A stretch of DNA of 64,000 nucleotides from Pseudomonadota bacterium (GCA_043798915.1 JAZDOG010000102.1:23226-87225), one strand, 5' to 3'. Positions 27,516-38,563 are shown, counted from the stretch's first letter. Numbers and translations: made by a program. The notes: generated from the letters alone by a model not told the origin.

Positions 27516-28520
27516 CTATAGTTTCTTGCCTATGTATTCCGTCAGCCTCAGCATCTGGTTGCAGAAGCCGATCTCGTTGTCGTACCAGGCCAGCACCTTC
27601 ACCATGTTGTCGATCACCTTGGTGGACAGCGCATCGACGATGGAGGGGTGGGTCTCGCCCATGAAATCCACCGAGACGCATTCATCCTCGCAGTACGCCA
27701 GTATCCCCTTGAGCTCCCCTTCGGACGCGGCCTTCAGCGCGGAGTTCACCTCAGCTGCCGAGACGGCCTTCTTGAGGACCGCGACGAGATCGACGAGGGA
27801 GACGTTCGCCGTCGGAATGCGGATCGCCAGTCCGTCGAGCTTGCCGGCCAGAGCCGGCAGAACGAGCCCCACGGCGCGTGCGGCGCCGGTCGTCGTCGGT
27901 ATCTGGGAGACGGCCGCAGAGCGGGCGCGGCGGAGGTCCTTGTGGGGGCCGTCGACGACGCGCTGGTCGTTTGTGTAGGAGTGAACGGTCGTCATGAAGC
28001 CGCGCTCTATGCCGAACGAGTCCTGCAGAACTTTTGCGACAGGCGCCAGACAGTTGGTCGTGCAGCTGGCGGCGGAGAGGACGTGGTGCTCGGAAGGCCT
28101 GTAGCTCTCGTGATTGATGCCGAAGACAAACGTCGGCGTGTCCTTGCCCTTGCACGGCGCGGAGACGATGACCTTCTTCGCGCCCGCCGCGATGTGTTTG
28201 GAGGCGGACTCCCTGTCCGTGAAAATACCGGTGCATTCGAGCACGATGTCACAGCGTTGGTTCTTCCAGGGAAGCGCCGAGGGATCCTTCTCGCTATAGA
28301 CGGGAATCGTGTGGCCATTGACGACAAGGCCGGATTCCGAGGCCTTCACCTCGCCTTTGAACCTGCCGTGCGTGGAGTCGTACTTGAAAAGGTGGGCCAT
28401 CGTAGCCGGCGGGACGATATCGTTGATCCCGACGCACTCCAAACCCTTTTTCTCCGCCATCACCCGAAGAGCCAGTCTGCCTATACGACCAAAACCGTTG
28501 ATGCCTATGCGCAATGTCAT
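27516..28520 (-). CDS. gap: Glyceraldehyde-3-phosphate dehydrogenase type I
   Basis: GINGFGRIGR, ASCTTNCLAP, WYDNE. Confidence 0.99.
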   Translation of the reverse strand: MTLRIGINGFGRIGRLALRVMAEKKGLECVGINDIVPPATMAHLFKYDSTHGRFKGEVKASESGLVVNGHTIPVYSEKDPSALPWKNQRCDIVLECTGIFTDRESASKHIAAGAKKVIVSAPCKGKDTPTFVFGINHESYRPSEHHVLSAASCTTNCLAPVAKVLQDSFGIERGFMTTVHSYTNDQRVVDGPHKDLRRARSAAVSQIPTTTGAARAVGLVLPALAGKLDGLAIRIPTANVSLVDLVAVLKKAVSAAEVNSALKAASEGELKGILAYCEDECVSVDFMGETHPSIVDALSTKVIDNMVKVLAWYDNEIGFCNQMLRLTEYIGKKL

Positions 28521-28705
28521 GACATGCCTCCTTTTATAGATTTTATATTAGCACAAACGCCCGTTTCTATCGAGGGCGGCGCAGTATACACCTTTGCGAT
28601 TGCCCGTCAAGCCTTCGCCCGCACATGCACAACAGGGGCTCAAATGCGGCTATTTTGCCTTTTGAATGATTGACAGGTACGCATTGGCGGGGATATGAGC
28701 CGGAC

Positions 28706-30070
28706 ATGCGTGAGTTGGGCGTGGGCGACACGATCTGCGCGATAGCGACCCCGCCGGGGCACGGCGGCATCGGGGTCGTGCGGATAAGCGGTGCGGATGC
28801 GCGCAGGGTCCTGGCTTCGGTCTGGCGCGGCCGCGTGGCGGTGTCCGATTTCGAGCCGAGGAGGCTCTACTTGGGCGATGTCGGGGTCGATCGCGTGATG
28901 GCGGTCTTCATGCCGGCGCCCGCTACCTACACCGGCGAGGATGTGGTGGAACTCTCGGCCCACGGATCCCCCGCGGTCCTCCGTCAGATCATGGAGGGCT
29001 GTCTTGCCTCCGGCGCCAGGGCGGCAGGTCCTGGAGAATTTACGAGAAGGGCGTTCGTGGCCGGCAAGCTCGACCTCGCACAGGCAGAGGGCGTCGCGGA
29101 CCTCATAAACGCGACGAGCGAGAGGGCCGCGAGGCTGGCCGGCGAGCAGCTCAAAGGCGCGCTCTCGGAGAAGGTCTCCGATGCGGGGGATGCCCTCGCA
29201 ACTTTGCGCGCCGAGATCGAAGCGGGGATAGATTTTCCTGAGGAAAATCTGGAGCAGCGCGCGATGGGCGATGTCATCGATCGCCTGCAAGATATTGCAT
29301 CGAACCTGAAGATCCTCTCGTCGACATATGCCGGAGGGCGCCTGATCCGCGAGGGCGCGCGCGTGGCTATCGTCGGCCGCCCGAACGCCGGCAAGTCGAG
29401 CATCTTCAACCGCCTCGCCGGCGCTGACAGGGCCATCGTCCACCATGAGCCGGGGACCACGCGCGATGTGGTGGAGGAACAGATATCGCTCGGCGGGCTT
29501 TCGTTCAGGCTCCGCGACACGGCGGGGCTTCGGGCAAACGCCGGCGAAATCGAGGCGATCGGCGTGGGCCGCGCCCGCGAGGAGATCGCCGCAGCGGATA
29601 TCGTCGTAGCCGTCTTCGATGGCTCGCGCGCATGGGACGGCGAAGATGCCGAGCTCATGGCCACGCTCGATCCTCGACGATGTATCGCGGTGATCAACAA
29701 GTGCGACCTTACCCTCGCGTTCGATCCGGAGAAACTTCCCGTGCTGAGCGGGGGCATAAAACCGCTGCATCTCTCCGCAAGGACCGGATCGGGCATCGAG
29801 TATCTTGCAAGCCAGCTCGTCGGATGCGCCGCAGCGGATGCGGGCAAGGCCGAAGGCGTCATGGTCGCGAGCGCCAGGCACAAGGCGCTCATCGACGAGG
29901 CCCTCCTCGCCATCGACGCCGCACAGAACTCGCTCGAAAAAGGCGAGCCGGCCGAATGCGCGGCGGCAAGAATGCTCGCCGCGCAGGATGCGCTGGGCTC
30001 CATCACGGGCAGGGTGACAACAGACGACATCCTCGACCGGATATTCTCGACCTTCTGCATAGGCAAGTGA
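28706..30070 (+). CDS. mnmE: tRNA modification GTPase MnmE
   Basis: [38 protein letters not shown]. Confidence 0.98.
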   Translation: MRELGVGDTICAIATPPGHGGIGVVRISGADARRVLASVWRGRVAVSDFEPRRLYLGDVGVDRVMAVFMPAPATYTGEDVVELSAHGSPAVLRQIMEGCLASGARAAGPGEFTRRAFVAGKLDLAQAEGVADLINATSERAARLAGEQLKGALSEKVSDAGDALATLRAEIEAGIDFPEENLEQRAMGDVIDRLQDIASNLKILSSTYAGGRLIREGARVAIVGRPNAGKSSIFNRLAGADRAIVHHEPGTTRDVVEEQISLGGLSFRLRDTAGLRANAGEIEAIGVGRAREEIAAADIVVAVFDGSRAWDGEDAELMATLDPRRCIAVINKCDLTLAFDPEKLPVLSGGIKPLHLSARTGSGIEYLASQLVGCAAADAGKAEGVMVASARHKALIDEALLAIDAAQNSLEKGEPAECAAARMLAAQDALGSITGRVTTDDILDRIFSTFCIGK

Positions 30071-30077
30071 GCCTAAT

Positions 30078-32048
30078 ATGAAATACGACATCATCATCAT
30101 AGGCGCAGGACACGCCGGCTGCGAGGCCTCCCTCGCCGCGGCGCGGATGGGCGCCCATGTGGCGCTTGTCACGGCGAGGCGGGACACTATAGCGGCGATG
30201 AGCTGCAATCCTGCGATCGGGGGATTGGCCAAGGGCCACATCGTCCGCGAGATAGACGCTCTCGGCGGCGAGATGGCCCGCGCCGCCGACGCCACTGGCA
30301 TACAGTTTCGCCGCCTCAACATGAGCCGCGGCCCGGCGGTGCGCGCCACGCGCTGCCAGTCCGACCGAAAGCACTACCATCTCTATATGCGGGCGGCGAT
30401 CGAGGCAGAGGAGAACATCGATATCATCGAGGCTGAAGCAGTTGCGCTTTTGACAGACCCCTCCCCCTCGATGGGGGAGGGCAAGGGTGGGGGTGATCTT
30501 GGCAATCGCGGCCACCCTCACCCCGACCCTCTCCCCTCAAGGGAGAGGGAAAAGAGTGTCATCAAGGGCGTTACGATAAAAGGCACGGGAGAGGTCAACC
30601 CGAAGCAGGAACTCAGCGCATCGCGTGTCATCGTCACGACCGGTACTTTTTTAAACGGCCTGCTTCATTTCGGAATGGAATCGGGACCCGGCGGTCGCAT
30701 CGGCGACCACGTCGCCGGCGGCCTCTCTGCATCGCTCGCATCGCTGGGCTTCGCGCTCGGTCGACTCAAGACCGGTACTTGTCCCAGACTCGCGCGCGAC
30801 ACCGTCGACTTCAGCGTCTGTGAGCGCCAAGATGGGGACGATCCACGGCCGCGCTTCTCGGACGACGATGTGGGGAATATGTTGCCTGAGCTCCCCTGTC
30901 ACATCACGTACACGACGCCGGAGACGCACGCCGTGATCCGGGCAAATCTCTCGCGCTCTCCGCTCTACAGCGGCCGCATCAGGGGAACAGGGCCCCGCTA
31001 TTGCCCCTCGATCGAGGACAAGGTCGTCCGCTTCGCCGAGCGCGACCGTCACCAGCTCTTCCTTGAACCGGAGGGTATCGACACCGACTGGATCTATGTG
31101 AACGGCCTCTCGACATCACTGCCGCTGGACGCTCAGCGCGAGATGTTGAAGACGATACCGGGACTGGAGCACGCAGAGATAGTGCAACCCGGCTACGCCG
31201 TAGAATACGATTTCGTCCCTCCCACGCAGCTCAAGGCCACGCTCGAGACAAAGCTCGTGGACGGCCTCTATCTCGCCGGACAGATCAACGGGACGTCCGG
31301 CTATGAGGAGGCGGCGGCGCAGGGGTTGATCGCCGGAATCAACGCGACGTGCGCACTGCGCAAAGAGGGCGAAATAATCCTCAGGCGTGACGAATCGTAC
31401 ATCGGCGTCCTCATCGACGACCTCGTCACGAAGGGAACGGACGAGCCGTACCGCATGTTCACATCGAGGGCGGAATACAGGCTCCTGCTTCGTGAGGACA
31501 ACTCCGCAGAGAGGCTCTCTCCGCTGGGACGGAAGCTGGGCCTGATAAAGGACGAGAGGTGGCAAAGATTCAAAGACAGACAGGAGGCGCTGAAACGAAC
31601 CATCTCGATCCTCAAGGAGACGGCGGTGGCACCCACGACGGAGACAAACGCCGCGCTCGGCGCGATGGGGAGCTCCTCGCTCAAGAAACCGGCCTGCCTC
31701 GCCGACCTCGTGGCGCGGCCCGAGCTCGGCATCAGGGAGGTCCTCTCCGCATTCGCCCCGCACGCGATCACGAAAGACTACGGAGGAATGCTGGAGAGCG
31801 CAGAGATGGACACGAAATACGCCGGCTACATCAGGGCCGACCTGGAGCGCGTCGGAAAATTCATGCATCTGGAGGAGATAGGGATTCCCGCCGACTATGA
31901 ATATTCCTCTACACATGGCCTCTCGGCCGAGGCGCGCGAGAAGCTCTCGCGTATCAGGCCGGCGACTCTCGGGCAGGCCTCGCGGATTCCGGGGATCACT
32001 CCCGCGGCCATATCCGTGCTCATGGTGGCCCTTGCGTCGAGGCGCTGA
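30078..32048 (+). CDS. mnmG: tRNA modification enzyme MnmG/GidA with a ~31-aa repeat-derived insertion
   Basis: [45 protein letters not shown]. Confidence 0.98.
   Translation: MKYDIIIIGAGHAGCEASLAAARMGAHVALVTARRDTIAAMSCNPAIGGLAKGHIVREIDALGGEMARAADATGIQFRRLNMSRGPAVRATRCQSDRKHYHLYMRAAIEAEENIDIIEAEAVALLTDPSPSMGEGKGGGDLGNRGHPHPDPLPSREREKSVIKGVTIKGTGEVNPKQELSASRVIVTTGTFLNGLLHFGMESGPGGRIGDHVAGGLSASLASLGFALGRLKTGTCPRLARDTVDFSVCERQDGDDPRPRFSDDDVGNMLPELPCHITYTTPETHAVIRANLSRSPLYSGRIRGTGPRYCPSIEDKVVRFAERDRHQLFLEPEGIDTDWIYVNGLSTSLPLDAQREMLKTIPGLEHAEIVQPGYAVEYDFVPPTQLKATLETKLVDGLYLAGQINGTSGYEEAAAQGLIAGINATCALRKEGEIILRRDESYIGVLIDDLVTKGTDEPYRMFTSRAEYRLLLREDNSAERLSPLGRKLGLIKDERWQRFKDRQEALKRTISILKETAVAPTTETNAALGAMGSSSLKKPACLADLVARPELGIREVLSAFAPHAITKDYGGMLESAEMDTKYAGYIRADLERVGKFMHLEEIGIPADYEYSSTHGLSAEAREKLSRIRPATLGQASRIPGITPAAISVLMVALASRR
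30458..30549. repeat. REP-like palindromic element (family A-related) inserted in-frame in mnmG
   Basis: CCCTCCCCC-tcgat-GGGGGAGGG..GGGTGGGGGTG..CACCCTCACCCC..CCCTCTCCC-ctcaa-GGGAGAGGG. Confidence 0.85.
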
Positions 32049-32715
32049 TCTTTCGCACCGGAAAAAGGAACGACACTCCCCCGTTCATGATGACGTCCGC
32101 GTTGAACTTGTCGCCGGAGGGAATAGGCGTCGGATGGAGGAGGGCGTTGACGTCGAAGCGCACCGCGAGCCACGGCAACGGAGTGTAGACCTTGATGCCC
32201 CCGCCCACCACGAAGGCGGGTTTCCATTCGTGGTTGATGTAGATCGTGCCGCCGCCAAGCGTAAAAAAGAGATCGCTGTCGATGATCGTCTTCCCGGCGC
32301 GGATGGCACAGTCGTTGCTGATCGAAACCTCGGCATCGAGTATGTGTGAATTGTTGGTCGTGAGGCTGTTGCCAAACGATGTCGAGGAGTTGGCCCTTAT
32401 GTAGCTGTAGAGATACGACGCGCCGACCGAAAAGGCATTGCTGACATGGAGCATGTACCGGGCGCCCGCGTCCCAGGTGTTGAGCCACTCGTCCCCCAGA
32501 TAATCCCCGCCGGAGATCTCGATTTCGCTCTGCCATTTCTTCGAGAAGCGATCGCGGCGGTCGAGCGCCTTGTGCAGGGGCGCGAACTCCGGCCCTCCGG
32601 CCGGGGCCTCACTCGAGATTGTCGCTGGTTTGTCCTCCGACGAATGGGCAACGCCGCCCGCCAGACAGATGAGGAGCGCCGCAATCATAAATCTGTTCAG
32701 GATTTTACGAGTCAT
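32020..32715 (-). CDS. Small outer-membrane beta-barrel protein
   Basis: Signal peptide; amphipathic strands [23 protein letters not shown]. Confidence 0.7.
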   Translation of the reverse strand: MTRKILNRFMIAALLICLAGGVAHSSEDKPATISSEAPAGGPEFAPLHKALDRRDRFSKKWQSEIEISGGDYLGDEWLNTWDAGARYMLHVSNAFSVGASYLYSYIRANSSTSFGNSLTTNNSHILDAEVSISNDCAIRAGKTIIDSDLFFTLGGGTIYINHEWKPAFVVGGGIKVYTPLPWLAVRFDVNALLHPTPIPSGDKFNADVIMNGGVSFLFPVRKISASTQGPP

Positions 32716-32720
32716 GGTAA

Positions 32721-34136
32721 CTATTCGGCATACGCCTCGGCTTCCTCTTTTGCCAGCTTGCCGGACTTGGAGGCAGCGGCCGCCAGATCCTTCGTCACCT
32801 TCCAGGCGCTGCCGGGGAAGCGGTGGCACCCCTCCATCACCTGCTCGAACGCGGAGAGGAACCTCGTGACGTGCACCTCGTTCAGCACCAGAGGCGGCAG
32901 GAGCTTGACGACGTCGAGGTTATGGCCGGCCACCTGCGTGAGTATATGGTGTTCCTTCATGAGTGGGACGACGATCATCTGCGGGAAGAGGCTCTTTGAA
33001 AGCGCATGGACCAACTTCCAGCCAGCCTTGAGCCTGAGCGATTTCGGCTCGCCGAACTCAATGCCTATCATGAGGCCCATGCCACGCACGTCCGAGAGCA
33101 TTTCGAAGCGACACTGCATCGCGCGGAGCCCGTCGACGAGCAGCGAACCCATCTCCGCAGAGTTTTCAACAATTTTTTCCTCCTCGATCGCGTCGATGGC
33201 AGCGAGGCCCGCCGCCATCGCGAGGATGTTGCGGCCGAAGGTGTTGGAGTGGACCACGCAGTGTTCCATGTCGGTGAAGACGCGGTCATAGATGCTGCGC
33301 CTGTAGCAGATCGCGCCCACCGGGACGAAGCCGCCGGAGAGGGCCTTGGCCATCGTGACGATGTCGGGCTCGATCCCGAAGTGCTGGTGTGCGAACATTT
33401 TGCCCGTGCGGCCGAAGCCGGTCTGCACCTCGTCGCAGATCATGACCGCTTCGTAGCGCCGGCAGAGCGCCTGTGCCTCCGTGTAGAAGGAGCGCTCTGC
33501 GATGTAGACTCCCTTGCCCTGGATCGGCTCGAAGACGAACGCCGCCACGTCCCCCTTTTTGAGCTCTGCCTCGAGCGCTTCGACGTCGCCCATCGGAATC
33601 TTCGTGGCCTCGAGGAGTTCGCCGAAACCTTTTCGGAATTCTTTTCCGCCGTTGAGCGAGAGAGACCCGGTGGAGAGGCCGTGAAAGGCGTGGTCCCAGA
33701 ATACGATGCGGTTCTTGCCCGTGCTCTTCCGCGCGAACTTGATCGCACCCTCGTTGGCCTCCGTCCCGGAGTTCGTGAAGAAGACCGTGTCCACGCCCTC
33801 GGGCATGTGGGAGAGGAGCCTCTCGGCGAGCAACCCTGCCGCAAGCGGGGCGTCCATCTGCACCATGTTGGGATACGAGAGATCCAGCGCATCGTGGAGG
33901 GCCTTGCGAATCTTGGGGTGCGAACGGCCGAGAGCGAAGACACCATAGCCGGCGAGCATGTCGAGGTAGGAGTTCCCCTCGCGGTCGAAGAGCAGCGCCC
34001 CCTCAGCGCGGACGTAGTCGCGGTCGAAGCCGATGGTGCGCAAAACCCTTACTAGCTGGGGATTTACGTGCCGGGCGAAGAGTTCGTGCTGACGCCCGGC
34101 GTTCTCTTCCAGAAGCTGCCTGATATCTATCGTCAT
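32721..34136 (-). CDS. Class III PLP aminotransferase, HpnO-like
   Basis: [48 protein letters not shown]. Confidence 0.8.
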   Translation of the reverse strand: MTIDIRQLLEENAGRQHELFARHVNPQLVRVLRTIGFDRDYVRAEGALLFDREGNSYLDMLAGYGVFALGRSHPKIRKALHDALDLSYPNMVQMDAPLAAGLLAERLLSHMPEGVDTVFFTNSGTEANEGAIKFARKSTGKNRIVFWDHAFHGLSTGSLSLNGGKEFRKGFGELLEATKIPMGDVEALEAELKKGDVAAFVFEPIQGKGVYIAERSFYTEAQALCRRYEAVMICDEVQTGFGRTGKMFAHQHFGIEPDIVTMAKALSGGFVPVGAICYRRSIYDRVFTDMEHCVVHSNTFGRNILAMAAGLAAIDAIEEEKIVENSAEMGSLLVDGLRAMQCRFEMLSDVRGMGLMIGIEFGEPKSLRLKAGWKLVHALSKSLFPQMIVVPLMKEHHILTQVAGHNLDVVKLLPPLVLNEVHVTRFLSAFEQVMEGCHRFPGSAWKVTKDLAAAASKSGKLAKEEAEAYAE

Positions 34137-34191
34137 AGGCCGCAACACCTATCAGATGCTGACTTTGGAGGCAAGCCCCGTCAACAGCGCA

Positions 34192-34281
34192 CCCTCCCTT
34201 TGTAAGGGAGGGATGGGGAGGGTAGACCACGGATATTTCGCACGATCTACCCCCTCTAACTCCCCCTTACAAAGGGGGAGG
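34192..34281. repeat. REP-like family A, diverged copy 4
   Basis: CCCTCCCTTTGTAAGGGAGGG..GGTAGA..TCTACC..CTCCCCCTTACAAAGGGGGAG. Confidence 0.85.
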
Positions 34282-34285
34282 ACTA

Positions 34286-35221
34286 TCATTCCAAGTGCTG
34301 GATACAGCCCTTTGTGAGGCCCAGACGGTGCAGGGCATCCTCCGCCTCGGCGAATTCTGCCTTCACGACCTTCCGACCGAGGATCGGATCGCCAACCGCC
34401 TGGTCCGCCGGAAAATACTGGCTCATGAGGTTGACCGGCACGTCGGTCGAGAGCTCGCCCGCGATGAACTCGAATACTTTTTCGGATGACGCGAAGCCTC
34501 CGGGCAACACGAGGTGGCGGATCAGGAGGCCGCGCCTGCCTATCCCCTCGCCGTCCATCTCAAGCGGCCCGACCTGCCTGAACATCTCCTTCACCGCAGG
34601 GCGGACGTGCTCCCAATAGTCCGGCGCATCCGAGCATCTCGCCGAGGCATCCCTCGTCGCATACTTGATGTCGGGCATGTAGATGTCGACCACCCCATCG
34701 AGGAGCTTGAGCGCCTGCATCCCGTCGTATCCGCTGCAGTTGTAGACGATCGGGATGCAAAGCCCTTCTTTCGCAGCGATCGCAAGCCCGGCCAGGAACT
34801 GCGGGACGACGTGCGAGGGCGTGACGAGGTTGATGTTGTGCGCGCCGCGCTTCTGGAGATCGAGCATCATCCGCGCGAGGGCCTGCGGGGGTGCGGGCCG
34901 CCCGTGGCGAAGCCGGCTGATCGGGTAGTTCTGGCAGAAGCGGCAGTGGAGGTTGCAGCCCGTGAAGAAGATCGTGCCAGAGCCGCGCGTCCCGGATATC
35001 GGAGGCTCCTCTCCAAAATGGAGATTCGCGCTGGCCACGCCGGCAACTTTGTCCGTCCTGCAGACTCCGGGCTTCCCATGAATGCGGTCGACCGCGCAGT
35101 CGCGAGGGCAGAGCCGGCAGCTTTTCAGCGCCGCATATGCCCGCCCAACGCGGCGGGAGAGTTCTCCTGAGGGCAAGAGGTGGAGATATGAAGGATATGA
35201 TTTAGCTGAATCAGTCACCAT
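34286..35221 (-). CDS. PflX-like radical SAM protein
   Basis: CRLCPRDC, HFGEEPPISGTRGSGTIFFTGCNLHCRFCQN, IRHLVLPG. Confidence 0.9.
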   Translation of the reverse strand: MVTDSAKSYPSYLHLLPSGELSRRVGRAYAALKSCRLCPRDCAVDRIHGKPGVCRTDKVAGVASANLHFGEEPPISGTRGSGTIFFTGCNLHCRFCQNYPISRLRHGRPAPPQALARMMLDLQKRGAHNINLVTPSHVVPQFLAGLAIAAKEGLCIPIVYNCSGYDGMQALKLLDGVVDIYMPDIKYATRDASARCSDAPDYWEHVRPAVKEMFRQVGPLEMDGEGIGRRGLLIRHLVLPGGFASSEKVFEFIAGELSTDVPVNLMSQYFPADQAVGDPILGRKVVKAEFAEAEDALHRLGLTKGCIQHLE

Positions 35222-35612
35222 ACGACTCTGTTATGATCTGTCCGGCCTTGTAGTCGATGGTCACGCGGAACTGCCTGAAAAAATCGAGGCCAATGAGCGC
35301 GTCGATGCCCCAGGATTTTTCAAAGTGAGAGACATAGACCGCCAGACTCTTCATCGCACAAGAACATGCTTCTATATGAGGCAAAACAATTTGGCCGTAT
35401 TTTTGGGTCTGCAATCCTGGTTTCAATTGAACATTCGGGTTTGTGTCCTCAAGGAAACCAAGATGTTGGAGAACTTCGTCAGAAAATTCTGTAGATGGGG
35501 CCCCTGTATCGAGAAGCGCAATACAATCTCGTTTCCTGCCATTCTTACCTTCTACATAAATTTGAAGGAGGATATATCGACCCTGAGTATCAAACGCCGT
35601 GACATTGCGCAT
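35211..35612 (-). CDS. Single-domain retropepsin-like aspartyl protease
   Basis: ALLDTGA and ALIGLDFF motifs; GGAGG RBS before ATG 35612. Confidence 0.8.
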   Translation of the reverse strand: MRNVTAFDTQGRYILLQIYVEGKNGRKRDCIALLDTGAPSTEFSDEVLQHLGFLEDTNPNVQLKPGLQTQKYGQIVLPHIEACSCAMKSLAVYVSHFEKSWGIDALIGLDFFRQFRVTIDYKAGQIITESYGD

Positions 35613-35832
35613 GGGCCCTCCACCCCCCAGGAAACTGGCTTTCTCCTGTATATCGAAAAGCACAGTCCTTATCTATCGCAGGCAATTGGTAAACCTCGTT
35701 CTTTTCGATAGAATGCCTTTGCACCACCCCCTCAACTATACAACCAAGCGAATTGGTCTTATAGTCGGTGATCAGCAACCACTCGTCCGGATACGCCTTC
35801 TTCATCTCTTCCCAAGTCATCCTTTGACCCAT
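35590..35832 (-). CDS. Small protein coupled to the retropepsin gene (DUF5678-like)
   Basis: MTWEEMKKAYPDEWLLI..G.V..H..F.YTG; AGGAGG RBS; overlaps the protease start. Confidence 0.65.
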   Translation of the reverse strand: MGQRMTWEEMKKAYPDEWLLITDYKTNSLGCIVEGVVQRHSIEKNEVYQLPAIDKDCAFRYTGESQFPGGWRAHAQCHGV

Positions 35833-35925
35833 GACGTCCTCCTTCTTGTTCGATCTTGCCCAATTCTACGGCTGTGGCCGTTTACTTATCAAGGAGAATT
35901 TCGGAACTATCCGTCACTACAAATT

Positions 35926-36198
35926 TTACGCTGCCCGTTTATTGAACACAGCCTTTTCAAGTTTCTGCAGCCTCTCCATGATTGTCGAGGTTTCATCCAC
36001 AAGTATTTGTCGAAGCATTTGATTGAGGACTGTCTGATACCTTCCCCCAGATTTGTTCGCCAATTCCTTCAGGGCCTTAAGAACGTCCTCATCAAGATAC
36101 GTTGTCACGCGAATCTTTGTGCCGCGAAGCTCATACCTAGACATTTTTGGCCCGGATATTCTTTTCATCTTATTTGGATCTGGAATTTTCTTTTTCAT
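35926..36198 (-). CDS. brnA: BrnA-family antitoxin
   Basis: KIRVTTYLDEDVL..GRYQTVLNQMLR RHH motif; overlaps brnT. Confidence 0.85.
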   Translation of the reverse strand: MKKKIPDPNKMKRISGPKMSRYELRGTKIRVTTYLDEDVLKALKELANKSGGRYQTVLNQMLRQILVDETSTIMERLQKLEKAVFNKRAA

Positions 36199-36460
36199 AA
36201 AATTTCCTCCATTTGCGCCACCTGGCGGCGCCGAATATTCTGACGGTCTTCCCTCTGACGGTATAACGCACAATGATCACTGTGCCTTTTAACGTTTTTC
36301 CCACAGCATAGAACCTGTCTTCCTCTGATGAATGTTTTTCATCTTCCAAATGTATAACCTTCGGATCAGCGAATACCTCAATTGCCTCCCGAAACATCAC
36401 CTTATGTTTGGAAACATTCTTCAGCTCTCTATAAATGTCCCACTCAAAAGCCAAGCTCAT
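36170..36460 (-). CDS. brnT: BrnT-family toxin
   Basis: FEWD..NVSKHKVMFREAIEVFADP..HSSEEDRF..VRIFGAAR. Confidence 0.9.
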   Translation of the reverse strand: MSLAFEWDIYRELKNVSKHKVMFREAIEVFADPKVIHLEDEKHSSEEDRFYAVGKTLKGTVIIVRYTVRGKTVRIFGAARWRKWRKFYEKENSRSK

Positions 36461-36466
36461 ACTATG

Positions 36467-36496
36467 ATTATACATATATTATATGTATAATGTCAA
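36467..36496 (-). promoter_or_regulatory. Consensus sigma70 promoter overlapped by a 12-bp inverted-repeat operator
   Basis: - strand TTGACA(36496-36491)-N18-TATAAT(36472-36467); ATTATACATATA-T-TATATGTATAAT at 36467-36491. Confidence 0.8.
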
Positions 36497-36599
36497 TGTC
36501 CTTATTGAGATTGCACCGGAAGCTTGGGCTCTAAATAAAGCTCGACAATTAAGCTCAATATAGGTAATCTTTAACCAATATTAAGGCCATTCTGCTTCA

Positions 36600-36977
36600 A
36601 TGGAAGCGCAAATGAAACATTTAATCGTGTCACTGAAGACTTCAGATGAAGTCCTCGATGAATTCAAGAAGGCTTTCCGCAAGGCCAAAAAGGGGAAAGT
36701 TAAAACTCCTCATTTTGAAATCAGCTTCGACAATAAAAGAGACTTCGACCGATTCGTGCGTAATCTCTATATCTTGAAATACATCCTCATTTTCAAACCG
36801 AAGTCGGTCTATGAGTTGGCCAAGATAGCCAAGATCGATGTGTCGAATTTGAACAAGGTAATGCTTTTCTTCGAAGAAGTAGGGGCCATCAAGGTCAAGA
36901 CGATTAAAACATCCGGCCGCGAAGTCAAAACGCCCACGGTGGCATACGACGCCATAGAATTTAAACTGACGGCTTGA
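36600..36977 (+). CDS. HVO_A0114-like wHTH DNA-binding protein
   Basis: ISFDN..KPKSVYELAK..SNLNK..GAI..KTPTVAYDAIEF. Confidence 0.7.
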   Translation: MEAQMKHLIVSLKTSDEVLDEFKKAFRKAKKGKVKTPHFEISFDNKRDFDRFVRNLYILKYILIFKPKSVYELAKIAKIDVSNLNKVMLFFEEVGAIKVKTIKTSGREVKTPTVAYDAIEFKLTA

Positions 36978-37099
36978 GACACGTGGCAGGCCCCAACTGC
37001 TCCGGGACCGATGGTTCGAGACTGATGGTTGACAGTCAGTTGTTTTTATTAATCAGCTGCGCAAAGAGACTGTCTGGTGTCCAAACTTGATCCTTCTTT

Positions 37100-38563
37100 T
37101 CAATCAATAGGCAGCACATCACTTTTTTTAGCCTTTATGCGTTCAACTGTGTTTACGGCCTTTCGAAAGCATGGATGGATTTGAACTTCCTCAAAACGGG
37201 GTTCATGACGTTCCTCATTAGAATAATAAATTTTGCTTCCACCCTCTCCCCCCTTCACAAAATCACCCAAAAACCCGATTTCATAAAGTACTCGCATAAA
37301 AGCTCTAATGTCAGTGCTCTCAACAATTTGGTTCCACCATTGCGCATTCAATTCCACTCCTGCTGCAAGTTGCAGCAGCATATCTTCAACCTCCATCTTC
37401 GACAAATGATATTTATGGCGAAAGAATTTCGTCTTCCAGTAGTTGAAGATTGCCACAAGACCCGGATATTGGTTTGAATACTCCGCGCAAAGGTCGTCCA
37501 GCTTCCATGATGAATATGGGCCTTCTGATGCCTTTAGCGCATCGGCGCTCGGCAGTGCTCCTTCAACAGATTCCGTGTAGTACCTTGCCAGCTGAATGAG
37601 CTCCCTGGGCCTGCCAAGTGTGCGCTCAACGAGCCAATTATCAGCATTGCTAGTTCCAATTGTGACTGGAAACACAGTTGAGAAGGGAGATTTCTCGGCT
37701 AGTAAGTTGTGGCAAACTCTATTATAGTTTATTCGCTGATGGAGAATATTTAACAAGTCTTCCTTGTTCCAACGAACGCGCTCAATATTTCTATACTTGT
37801 CTGCGTGCTGCGTTTTTGTGATAAGAATGGAATATACATCTTCACGCATAAACACACATGTGAAAATGTTAGGCGATCTCCCAGAGAGATAATTTGTTGC
37901 AGCCAGGAGACCAAGGAGCATATTGTTCGCGGTTAAAGAATTATCCCAACCCAGATCAAGATCATCGATCAATACAACAAATTTACCACCATCATTAGCA
38001 ATCTTCTGCATATGGTGTTCAAGGGATTCAACTTCCGCAATACTACGAAGTTCTCGCTCTACGTTGATTCCAAATTCTCCCAAGGATCCAACCTTGCCTT
38101 TAACTTTAGCAAGAATATCGGCTACATTCTCAACGAGGTCTTTTGAGGTGCGGTTCAGTTCCACTGCAATGTGTCGCGCAAATTCGATGCTGTCTTGGGC
38201 AAACTGACCTTTAGCTTTATCACCAACGACGCACAAAGAATCGAGTAGTATCTGGCGTAGCCAAACATGTTGAAAAAATATCTCCTCACCGAAAGTGTCA
38301 ACTATATCTTTTTCATTAAGAACGCTCTTGATTGAATTATATTTGGGCGAGATATTAATAACGAAAGTATTAGCTTGATCTTGGAAGTTCTGTTCGAGCT
38401 TTTTTCTAAGAGCGCTCTTGCCTGAACCTTTGCGACCGATGACGATGCATTTGCTCTTTTCATAAATACGACGAAACGCATCTGAGCTAACAAAATATTC
38501 AAGAAGATTGGGATCTTTTTCTGCGCTATCATCGCCCCATTGAATATCTGCGATCTTCATCAT
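37100..38563 (-). CDS. P-loop ATPase, Sll1717-like family
   Basis: WGDDSAEKD..YFV, GRKGSGKSA, VLIDDLD, RPRELIQ, LYEIGFLG..IHPCF; low GC; AGGAGG RBS. Confidence 0.75.
   Translation of the reverse strand: MMKIADIQWGDDSAEKDPNLLEYFVSSDAFRRIYEKSKCIVIGRKGSGKSALRKKLEQNFQDQANTFVINISPKYNSIKSVLNEKDIVDTFGEEIFFQHVWLRQILLDSLCVVGDKAKGQFAQDSIEFARHIAVELNRTSKDLVENVADILAKVKGKVGSLGEFGINVERELRSIAEVESLEHHMQKIANDGGKFVVLIDDLDLGWDNSLTANNMLLGLLAATNYLSGRSPNIFTCVFMREDVYSILITKTQHADKYRNIERVRWNKEDLLNILHQRINYNRVCHNLLAEKSPFSTVFPVTIGTSNADNWLVERTLGRPRELIQLARYYTESVEGALPSADALKASEGPYSSWKLDDLCAEYSNQYPGLVAIFNYWKTKFFRHKYHLSKMEVEDMLLQLAAGVELNAQWWNQIVESTDIRAFMRVLYEIGFLGDFVKGGEGGSKIYYSNEERHEPRFEEVQIHPCFRKAVNTVERIKAKKSDVLPID

Noticed and set aside
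28640..30349. Long antisense ORFs (for example 569 aa here, 742 aa at 57341-59569, 489 aa at 25727-27196)
   Set aside because: Shadow frames of well-supported GC3-rich genes on the opposite strand; no motifs or RBS.
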